NCBI GenBank assembly: GCA_964035545.1
Contig: OZ037771.1
Span: forward strand, 8,549,408-8,613,407
Length of the DNA: 64,000 nucleotides
Direction: 5' to 3'
Source of the DNA: Bugula neritina
Lineage: Eukaryota > Animalia > Bryozoa
Part shown: positions 28,300-39,900 of the stretch, piece after piece
How positions within the stretch are numbered: position 1 is the stretch's first letter
How the letters are laid out: the number at the start of each line of letters is the position of its first letter
Program-made: the position numbers and the translations under genes
The notes under the pieces: generated by a model
Database searches by the model: none
Told to the model about the DNA's origin: nothing
The model's input: the letters and a program-made list of their open reading frames with translations, nothing else

Positions 28300-28700
28300 T
28301 TTGGTTTTGATTTTTAATGAACTTAAAATTTATAGTTGGTAAAAAGTTCAACTTCAGCTTGTATGAACATTAGGGCCCATTTACCTACTGACCACGTGAC
28401 TTCATTCATTTGCGAAGATTGGCTTTTCGAGTCAAAGACGTCTACAATACTTAATATAAAGTAGTCGTAAATTGGTATGTTTATCATTGTAATCGCACTT
28501 TCAGACCGAATCCTGATAATAGCAACATTATTGCCTGTTTTCTATGTTTATTATATGAACCAATGAACTCAATAATTTTCAGCTCAGTGATATGGATGAT
28601 GAATATTTTCCAGTCCATTGGTTAACCCTTTAGTTACTTATTAGGATCTCTTGCTAAATTTCCGTTTACACCAAATGTGGGAATTTCGATTTCTGGTTTC
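28300..28700. promoter_or_regulatory. Probable bidirectional promoter FMR1/TRIP13
   Basis: Divergent gene arrangement; E-box CCACGTGAC at ~28392-28400; GACGTC at ~28437; candidate + strand 5'UTR donor TTG|GTATGT at ~28475. Confidence 0.45.
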
Positions 28701-30004
28701 AGATAAGTTGGGGTTATCTGATACTAATAGTAAAAGTTATCTATAAGTATAACTATTACTTCTATAGGCTATAGTAGTAATAGTTATACTTATAGAATAA
28801 TAGTATATGATAAATTTAATACTAATAGTATTAGCAGTAATAATAATAGCCTATAAGTCTAAGATTAGGTGAAAGTATAACAGTATTAGTATTAGTATTA
28901 CTATTAGTATTAGTATTACTATTAGTATTAGTATTACTATTAGTATTAGTATAAGTTAAGTATAGCATTTGTATTTTTATTTTAACAAGTCCACATGAAC
29001 ATATTGATATCCATGTTGAGTTCATGTTCATGTTAGTATAACTATAAGTATTGGTATTAATATATTTATAATTATAATTTAAATTACAACAATTTTAATT
29101 TATAATAATTAATATGAAATTGAATATAAATCAAAATATCAATATCAATATGATTAAATAATATAAATTGAAAACGTTTGCTTTAAATTTATGGCATAAT
29201 GATAATCGTTATTATAATTAATTATAATAAGTCTTTTATTATAAATAATTGTGACACTGACAGAATATCAATATGGAGTGAATATGAATATTGTAATTAT
29301 TGAATTGATATTAATATTTCAATTTATATTTGACTTAATCAAAACGGCAAAGTACTTGTGTGCACTAAAGCTCTTCTTGCTCACAACAGAAGTTCTTTGG
29401 TAATTAAGGTGCTAAAACAAAGCTGGGAAAGTGAAAACTGAAAGCTTCTACTAGAACTCACATAGGATTAGGTGATATAAGTATATCAGGCATGGACTAA
29501 AGGCGTTAGTGATGTTTGATTGTGGGCTTTCTCGAAGTTTACTCGGCTCCCATCAAATTGAGACAGGAGCTAGAAAATATGCACTCAATATAATTTGTGT
29601 AGTATCAATATATACCTTTAAATATTTTACTGATAGATTAAATCAAAACTACTCAACAGTCAATTAAAATATTTCTTTTAATAGTTTCAATATATACAAT
29701 CATAATCAGTTATTAGTTAAGACCAAATATATATGTTTTTGTTATAGTTTTTTGCTATGGGATTAACATGAATAAGCTTTAGTCATTCACTGATTGCCTA
29801 CTTAGGTCACTGAAATTATGGCATTGAGCTGTAGGTTATATGAGTCATACATTCATACAATTTTGATTGGTTTATTAGTTTTTGTCATTAAAGTCACAAG
29901 GTTAAAGCCATGTATAAAAGTATTTGCAATATTACCCCCTTCCCCACATTTTAGCTACACGTACATTTTGTGCTCTTTTCATTTTAGAAATCAGTTTCTG
30001 TGGT

Positions 30005-33000
30005 ATGGATGAGCCCAATGATCATATTATATTGAATGGGCATGCATCTTTACCTATAGTAAATGTTGATGTTTGTGCCAAGCCTTCTAGCACCGCGAGA
30101 GTCAATAAGATTAAGGAGCATGTTAAACTTTTTTTAGAACAGATAAAGGTGAGAAAAGTTTTGGAAGCTTTATAAAATTATAAAATAATAGTTACATAAC
30201 ATGCTCTCAAACTCTTTCAATTAAAAACCTTTCAGCATTATGATAACTTCGGGAAACCTTTATATATACCATTTGTAGCTCACCAAGTTTTTTAATATGC
30301 ATATAAACGTAGAATTTTCAGGTTTCAAATTTTATTAATTAATTCACTGTTTGAAAACTGCCTCAATCAGTTTTGAATGATACAGGGAGCTTATTATGGC
30401 CACAAATTCACAGACTTTACAGATGAGTTTTTACAGCAGCATGTTGACACAGTTCAGGTTTCAGAAGATGACCAGACAGCAGACTTATCTCTATCTCATC
30501 GCGTGCTGAAGATCCACGTATATCAGTGTCATCAAGGTCTACACTATTTCTATATCATTACTGGTGTTGGCAGATTTTTGCAAAAACACTGAATTGGTTA
30601 TTAATAATGCCTGTGACTTTTAACTCACTGATAAGGTCATTTACTGTGTAAATGCCTGTGACTTTTGCCGATCTAATGAGGTTGTTGTAACTGCTGTTAA
30701 TTTACTGTGTAAATGTGATGTGCCATAATTTGCTTACAGGTGGAAGCACACAGTAAGTATGTTTATTCTATCCAGTTAGGCTTGTGTGTAATCACACTGG
30801 TCTCTTCATTGTATACAGAGTGTGAAGGGGAGTATAAGTGACGCAATGAGCTGTACAGTTTACTTATAATATGTTGTGTATGCAGAGGGTCCTGGAGCTG
30901 AGGAAATTGATGACCAGGAAGATGTTTCTGCAGCCACTCATTGGTTGCTGCCCGCTGCCGAAATGGAGGGACTCTGGGAGAATCTGATTTTTGATAGGTA
31001 TAGTTATTGTACTGATAGTATAGTTATTGTACTGATAGTATAGTTATTGTACTGATAGTATAGTTATTGTACTGATAGTATAGTTATTGTACTGATAGTA
31101 TAGTTATTGTACTGATAGTATAGTTATTGTTCTGATAGTATAGTTATGGTATACAGCTAACAGAAGAGCACAGCCAAAGATGTTGGGTAGTTTCGAATTC
31201 CCTAAACTTTTTTCAATTTTGGTTGTAAATGTGCAAATTGTTTGGCCCTGGCTTGGAAATTATGCCATCAAAACCTTAATTTATTTGTTCGATAAATCCA
31301 TGTGTTTGGTATGTTGGGTGGTTGTCAAGGCAAATATTGTAAATTATTTTGCAGTGAGATAAAGAACAACCTGCTGCAGTATGCTCAGACTACAATGCTC
31401 TTCTCCTCAGCTAAAGTTGACAGTAACATCATATCCTGGAACAGGGTAGTTCTCTTGCATGGTTAGTCATTGTTGAGAGGGAAATTATTATAATAAAGTT
31501 ATTTAAAAATAATAATTGCTATTTTCAAGTTCAAAACTTGTAGAATATGCTTATTATGCTGTAATGAAGTATTTTAAGAACTTTTAGCTGAAAGTTTGCT
31601 CTCCTTACTACTTTTACTTATGCTGAATGAATATTTTGTATAATTGTAAAGCATAAATCATTTCATTGTGTGACTTACTGGTTGGACTTGCAGGTCCACC
31701 TGGGACAGGCAAAACTTCTCTCTGCAAAGCATTAGCACAGAAATTGTGCGTTAGAATGTCAGACAGGTTAGTAGTTATCTTCTTTCTCACATTCATGTGT
31801 TATCATTACAGTCTCTAACTCCTCTTGTTTGCAAAGTTTTTCAGACTGATGACGGAAACAATTAAACTTTTAGCTCGTCTTTATTTACTGCAAGTATTAT
31901 ATGGAATATCGCATCATCTGCTAAACTTCTGTAGATTTCGATATGGACAGCTGGTTGAGATCAATAGTCATGGCTTGTTTAGCAAATGGTTCTCAGAGTC
32001 TGGCAAATTAGTGGTGAAGATGTTCCAGAAAATTCAGGAGTTGATAGACGACCCTGAAGCTCTCATATGTATCCTCATGGATGAGGTAACTCTACTATGT
32101 CTACTTCTTATGGCCAGTATTTACACTGGATTTCACAATGTGTTTTCGTGTCTATGATATGTAGTGAATCAATGCGACAATGTTGGAGAAATTTTATCTC
32201 AATTTTGCATTTCCTATAAAGAATGTGTTATCAGGAAGTCGTTTCCCCATGTTGTAATGTTCAGGTAGAGAGCTTGACAGCGGTGAGACGGGCCAGTGGG
32301 AATGAGCCTTCTGATGCCATCCGAGTAGTCAACGCCTTATTGACTCAGATAGATCAGATTAAGGTGAGTTTTATTTCGATTGAATGATGGATAAAAACAT
32401 TGGTGCCTATTGAGCATTGTATCAATAGTATGTCATTTCTATACTGTGTCTTTAACTATGTTGTGTTACATTTAGACACGTATATGTTGTAGAGATATCC
32501 CAATGTACTCATCCTCACCACGTCAAATGTAACTGGAGCTATAGACTTGGCATTTGTAGACCGAGCAGATATAAAACAGTACATCGGGTTACCCTCCCCT
32601 GCCGCAATCTATAAAATATTTACTTCCTGTATCAATGAGCTAATAAGGACTGGTATCATAAAGACTAATCAACAGGTGAGTTGCCTCCGCCTTTCCCTAC
32701 ATTTTCTAATAGATGGACTTGATATTTGCAAGTTTTGGTTTTATTTCAAGGGCAGAAAACTCCTCATACCACCATTTGAATTGACAAAAAACACAGCAGT
32801 CCCTATTACATATTTAACAGTGAAAATCTCGCATAACATCTGCCGACTTTGTGAGCTATAGCTAACCTAGTAGATGCAGGTAACCTAGTAGCTGCAGGTA
32901 ACCTAGTAGCTGCAGGTATCCTAGTAGCTGCAGGTATCCTAGTAGCTGCAGGTAACCTAGTAGCTGCAGGTAATCCAGCAGCTGCCAATGTCAAAATGTA

Positions 33001-33412
33001 AAAATTATGACTGACTGCATTTCCTGACATCACCTTGTGTTTCTGAAGTCAGCACCACTCGACCATAGCTACTCAATGCTTGTGTTTGAGACAACTTGTT
33101 CAATTAAAACAAATTGTTATTTTTCAAGTCACCACGTTTCAGATATTTGACTGGAAGACTCTGTCAGCATTAGGAGACACGACAAGCTCTGCCACACAGT
33201 GCTCTCTACAGTTACGGGAAGTTAGTATGTTAACTGAAGGTCTTAGTGGTAGGACTGCTCGCAAGTTACCCTTCTTAGCACATGCTCTGTACATAAACTC
33301 CCCCACTTCCTCTCTCCCAGAATTCCTTGCAGCTTTAAACCTGGCTGTGAGAAAGCAGTTGGAAGAAAGAGCTGACCTTTGCCACCAAACAGCATCTGGA
33401 GTTTCTACATGA
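30005..33412 (+). CDS. TRIP13: Pachytene checkpoint protein 2 homolog, AAA+ ATPase; 9 coding exons
   Basis: Exons 30005-30148, 30386-30536, 30886-30997, 31355-31461, 31694-31766, 31935-32085, 32265-32363, 32493-32675, 33143-33412; [104 protein letters not shown]. Confidence 0.96.
30998..31148. repeat. 20-bp minisatellite (GTATAGTTATTGTACTGATA)n beginning at the TRIP13 donor site
   Basis: About 7.5 units; the first unit starts with the intron GT. Confidence 0.95.
32860..32985. repeat. 18-bp intronic minisatellite (GCTGCAGGTAACCTAGTA)n
   Basis: About 6-7 units in the last TRIP13 intron. Confidence 0.92.
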
Positions 33413-36400
33413 TGTCCAGGACTAATGCTTATCTGTACGTGTTGTTATATCATGTGACGCTGTGAACTGAATGACAAATTAGACTATATTGTGCACTGAG
33501 AATAGAATTTATATTATTGTGATGATCTTGTATATATAATAACTGCTCAGATCAATGGGAAATGCTTTAACTGAAGTGATGGCTGCTTTATGCAATAAAA
33601 TTTTACTCCTTTCTACTAAAGATTGTAATTTAATTTCAATTGTATGGAAGTTTATTGTTCTAGAACTTTATTTAAACACATGGGATAAAATCTAGTTGAT
33701 CTGAATAAATTATAGAAAACAGGTGGTTGTAAAGAAACTTCTGTATGTTAGCATTGAAAGTGGCTATCCGCCCCTCATTTTCAAAATGCACTTTTCAAGT
33801 CATGCATATTTTAAATGTAAAAACTGTGGGAATATTTGTTTTTATTCCTTTAAAACTGATGCACAAAGAGGAAATGGTGTTTATCCAGTTCAAATTTTGC
33901 TGCCTAACTAAACTTGTAGTACTGTTCAAAGTCGACTGCAATTAAGTTACCTTCTACATCTTGGTCTATTATATGATTTTTTAACTTTCTTTGAGCAATT
34001 AGCCAGTTACTAAAATTTCTTTTTATTATTTATGATTTTATAATTGATGCAATAAAACCAAGAATGAGCTAGATCATCATTTTGGTCACTCTGTATTGTA
34101 CAAGTCACCTGGTCATTGAGAATATATTATGAAGCTTTGCACTGCATACATGTATTACTTACTTGATCAATAAAGATAAACCCAAACAAATAATATATCT
34201 AAAAATAATGGATATGCCTGAACTAAAAAAAGTTAGTTGTTATCTAAGCAAGTTAAAATATTTTAAAAATGCTCCAAAAATATTTAAGAGGTAGTTTTTA
34301 TTATTTATAGAGGTTTTGTAAAAAAAATATTTTTTTATAAGTTTTTGTAATCAGTCAAAAATAGATTGTCATTTCAAATAAAAACAACACCTGAATTGGG
34401 AAACATCGGCTTTTAGTAAGTTTTCGGTCTCAAGCAGCTGCTTGTGCATGTATACATCATGTTGCTAACATATATATAAATTGATTATACCAACAGCTCT
34501 GCAGATTATGGTACCTTACCTCAGTTTAAAGCACTGCTGCAGTTATATGCTTTTAAAGTAACACTTCTAGGGCCTAGAGTCTAGACTACTACTCCTATTC
34601 TCAACATCAACTATAACAGCAAAGCTGCCATTTACTACTAAATCATTAATAATATTATATAAGCAACAAATTCATGTCATTAACTGTATCTACCAATTTC
34701 AGAAATATTTCAATGTTAATTATTTCAAGTTCCAACATTTAAGATTATATTAAAGATAATAACAATCAATTAGAGAGACAAATTTTTATTACAATATACT
34801 TTGAGGGACAACCAGTAAAAGCATAATTCAATTGTCATTATATTATATGCACTATGCTATAAGTCTGCATAAAATAAATCATGACTTAAATTTCCAATCA
34901 ATTAGCTCTATGCCATTATTTAAAAAAAAACTTTTTGAAAACATAGTATATAATAGTCAGTTGCAAAAGAAAATACAAATTTCCAAATAAACTTATATAT
35001 TCTTATGCTTCTGAAGCATAACTACATTTTTGCAATAGTGATGATTATTCTGTTGATACTTCGTCATAATAATAATGCGTCACACCAACATTGTTGGAGT
35101 TACAGACTCATGCAAAACCAAGCTCGCCTTTCTCCACTTCCCCACTGCACTCTGCAATAACCAGAGACTGAATGGTTGTGGCGGTTCCATAACTAGCCAG
35201 ATGAAAATCTAGTACAATGCAAAGATAATACTCTTGGTGAGTAAACATTAATTTTATAAATGAGTCAATAAAAGTTGGTAGTGGTAGTACTACTCTATTA
35301 GACTACTACTTACAACTTAGTGCCAGTAGCAGTGCTATTAGACTTAGTTCTACTACTACGTCTAGTCACGGTCAGGTCTACTTCTAGTGTACTACTACAA
35401 CAACAACTACTACTGCTACTGCTGCTGCTACTACTACTACTTCTACTAATAGTAGTAAAAGTACTAGTACTAGTAGTACTACTACTGCTACTACTACTAC
35501 TTGTACTGTAGTATTACTATTACTATTAGTATTAGTATTAGACTTAGTATTTACTACTTAGTATTTTGTATTACTCACTAATTACTCATGAGTATTGACT
35601 CATAGGCCATAATGATGAGACTAAGTAAAAGTAAATTTATCATGGTGCTACAGCTAATGTTATAGTTGTACTAACAATACGTTTTTTTTAAATTTTTTGA
35701 CTCATTACATTTATTAATTGAGTTTGACATTACTCATCATATTAGTCATTGTGAATTCATTATTCATGATGATGATACATTGTATTTGTAATTCTAATCG
35801 TATCAGCATCAGTATGAGTCGTAGCATTACTCTTGACTATTAGTGTTATTATTGTTTGAATATGAAAATACTCTAGTCATGGTCAGAGTGAATTATCATT
35901 ATTTATTTATTATTATATCATACTGAGTTTATGGCCATATAATATAGTCAACCTAAGGCTAAGGCTATAGTCTACAAGTATAATGATTATAGGAATATGA
36001 GTGGGCCTAGTGAATAGCAATAGTAGTTTCCTATTGGCTATTAGTATCACTATTATTCTTATAAATATACTGACTTTGTTATGAATTTAAATTCAATAAA
36101 TTGCATTGTCAGATCTGGTATGAATCAACTTTTATCAATGATTGTGGTCACGATATAGATATAAATACTCATCAGCTGTGTAGTTGGTATTTCAGTTGTT
36201 CTGCTGCTGCTGCTGTGGTCACAATGCATTATATACTTTAACTTGAGCTGTTCTTCCACCACAATAGTACAATTTGCAACAGTACCTCCATAATATAACT
36301 AGAATTACATATTCACATTCATACCAGGTGTTGGCATTTTCATACATTAGAGAGGATATTTATGTATGAATTCATTTGACTTTGTTGTGTAACTGCTAAA

Positions 36401-36974
36401 CTTCACTCAGGTATGCTTAGTTATCTCTTTTAATTTTACACTTGGATGATTTCTCTTTGTAAAGTCGATTTTTTAATTTGTGTATTAAGCTTCAGAGGGT
36501 AGCTCAATCACTTGTATAGAAGCAACTTTGATGTTTATTTGTTTTTTATAATAATCTATATCTTAGGGTTAATGTTCAGAATTTCAAGTAGGTAATTAGC
36601 CTACACAAGGATACTTTCTAAACACTAGTCTAAATGGTTGGTGGAACTAAAGTAAGCTTAGCTGGAACTGGCCAACAAACTGCATTCAAAGTGGGAAATA
36701 AATTTTATTACAAAACTGTTGAAGTTATATAGCTCATTGAAGTATGCCAACCATGTTTCCCTCCCAAATTATACTGTTGCTATGGTGTAGTGTATCACTG
36801 GAGTGATTCTATGGGAGTACCTAGGTCAATATTTACATAATTTCATAAACTATGATTATTGTAGAGTTACAGCTTTAGCTTAAAGTTATAATAATTCATT
36901 ACTACAGCCACAATTGTCTTTTAGATTGCAAGAACTTGTTTAATTGCACTAGTCTAGAACTATAAGAAGTAATA

Positions 36975-39900
36975 ATGGAAATCTTATACGGCCTGCTGAT
37001 AATTACCTATCTAATACATCCTGCAGGTAAAACGAAATAGAGAACTCTATTAATTTTTTGTTACCAAGTTATGTATGGTAACATCATGTGCTTGTTTAGT
37101 TGTATAAGAAATTGTTGAATGATAGTACTACATTTTTTAATCATATAATATGTAATATGATTAATTATAATATATTATATAATATGTAATATAACATATT
37201 ATAATATATAACATATATAATATATTATGTAGCATGTAATATAACATTATAATATATAACATATATAATATATTATGTAGCATGTAATATAACATATTAT
37301 ATAATATACTTTTTCAACAATAAAGGTCTCTACTATGTATAACTATTAGTTCAGACACAGTATGTCTCTATTGACGCTGATACACTGTGATTGGGGCATA
37401 CTGCTGAACAAGTGTGATAACTTGCAGACCAAACTGTCAATCTAACAGTAATTTGATTGTAACTCTAGATAAAGTATGCAGCCACCACGTTCACTGCTGA
37501 TAGGTAATGCATATTCTAGCAGTGTTTAGTATAGCAATAAAAACTAATAAAAATTGAAGCTAATAGTTTTTTAAAAATTTTCAACTTTAGCAGACCCACA
37601 TTGTAAGTTACATAACCAATATTAAGTTATATTATTCGACTTTTACTGTCTGCTACAGAGCAAAATAGAATAGAGTATAATATATATGTTGTATGTTGTA
37701 CAGCCACACAAGCATCTGACTGCAAGGTGACCATCAGTAAACCTGACTTCTACTCTTACGTACTCAACTACGACACCTGCCAGGTCTCAGCCGATCTCTC
37801 TCAGTTGCAGAACGAGTTTCCGATAGTCAGTCAGGCCTTCACTCTTGCCGGGGACTTTGACAAAACTGCTATTGACTATGAGGGCCTCTCCACTTTCTGC
37901 ATGTATGTTTACACTAGTTTCCTTGGTGTTAGTTCCTACAGATACGCTGTAGAGATATTTATGCAGTTACAGAGATCTCTATGCTGTGACAGAGATGTCT
38001 ATGCTGTTACAGAGATGTCTATGCTGTGACAGAGATCTCTATGCTGTGATAGAGATATCTATGCTGTTACGATGTGTTTTGTTTCTGTAGGGATCTCGCC
38101 AGCTGCAAAGGATCTCTAACATCCTGTGAGTCTGACTTGAATGACTTCATCCGGGGTGCTGGGAGTGCCCTCTGTGCTAATGGTGAAGCCATGAGCAACG
38201 GTATGCCATGTTCTATGTACACAAGTAGTTGAACACGGCCAGTGTGCTGCACCTGCTCTAATTCATATTCTCATTTAAACAATCTTGTAGCCTAAGTTCT
38301 TGCATTCGAAATTGAATGAATTTATGCTGGCTGTTAAAGACAGACTTATTATAACTAGGTAGTAGCTAAGGCTTACAGAAAGAGTGTTAGTAATACTGCT
38401 ACTTGGGGTATGAAGGGTATCATTTTCTTTCTGTTCCGGCAGCTATAATGGAGGCAGCAGAAGTGCTGTCTAAAGACGCATGTTCTGGCGCAGCAGAGAC
38501 GACTGGTTTACTTCCCAATGGTTGCTATCTGTCTATGGACTCAGTCACTATGCCCACCTACCTCCAAACCATTACCAGGAAGAATAAGTAAGTAGTTCAC
38601 TCGACAAGCCTACGTACAGCTCATGAATGCTCTTGTGTATGGTGATACATGATATATTTCTTAGGAATTTGTCAATGTTGAGCATATTTTTGCATGTAGG
38701 GTATTTTCTCGTGTATTTCTTTACTCACTGTAAGTTGAAGAGACAGTATAGATTCTCGGAACATTGTGTGACTTTTAAGAAGATGACTAACTTTGTTTCT
38801 AGTACGACTCAAGACCCATGTTCACTTCGGACATATAGTGGCTTTTATGCAAGACAAGTTGGTGAATTTGCCATGTGTAAATAGAAGGGCCTGCTCTGTT
38901 TTTGATGTTGGCTGCTTCTATTATTGCAGAATAAAATCAGCAGAGAGTCGTTGTCTCTCCCGATATTTGGAGGAGAACAAAGTGTGTACGGCGAAGTCCA
39001 TCAAGGCTCTGAATACTCTGATAGCAGCCAGTAACCGGGTGGAGAGTATTGGCACGTCATTTAACTCCTACACCAACTATGCTAAGCCGGTAAGTGCCTG
39101 AGGCCGATCTTTCTCTTACAGAGGATATCGTTTATACCTTTTTAACTCTTCTGCTGTTATCAATCTCTAAACAGTTTAGAGATTGATAACAGCAGAAGAA
39201 GTTGGTTACATCTTTACACTCCTCTGTTTATTATGTTGACTCAGATATTAAATATTGAAATGTTGTGATCTCATTGTTTATATTTCTGATGAGCAACATA
39301 CTTGTGCTGATATTAAGGAAGTGTGGTGAGATAAGATTTGTCTAGTAGCTGCTGTTTTCAACTCTATATAATCTATTATCATCACGCCTTTTCATAGACT
39401 CTTAGTGATGAAAGGGTAACACTATCTCTAGTTGGGTTTGCCCACCTCTACAAAGAGGACGAGAGACAGGCTACGTGCAATAGTCTGGCTGACTCTAAGG
39501 TCCTCTTGTGGAATCCATACATCAATATTGACGGTACACTGAGGACACTGGAGCCCACCGTCCCCTACTACCTTCTCTCTGATGTTAGTCTTACAACTCG
39601 TAATTATATAATATTATGACAATTCTGACACAGCATGGTGTAGCTCTTTTACACAGCAACCTCCATGTGTTATGCAGCCTAATTTTACTTCAGTACAGGC
39701 CAACTGGTGTACAATATCATAATGTAGATGAACTGCACTTGTCTAAAGTTAGCTTAGCTTAGCTCTGTGCAAGTGCTGTAAGGTGTCATTGTTTCCATTG
39801 ATTATTGGAGTTAAAATTATTGTTGTTAAATTGTAGAAACATGTTGTGTTTGAATTGGTGTTTAGTTGGAAGTAGTAGTTAATTCAGGCCCCTGCTTTCT

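Noticed and set aside
32806-33033. ORF with PAATRL repeats (similarly ORFs 20857-21147, 23807-24016, 54037-54339)
   Set aside because: Translations of intronic minisatellites.
35320-35511. Poly-Leu hydrophobic ORF
   Set aside because: Translation of a (CTA/CTG)n low-complexity tract with a non-ATG start.
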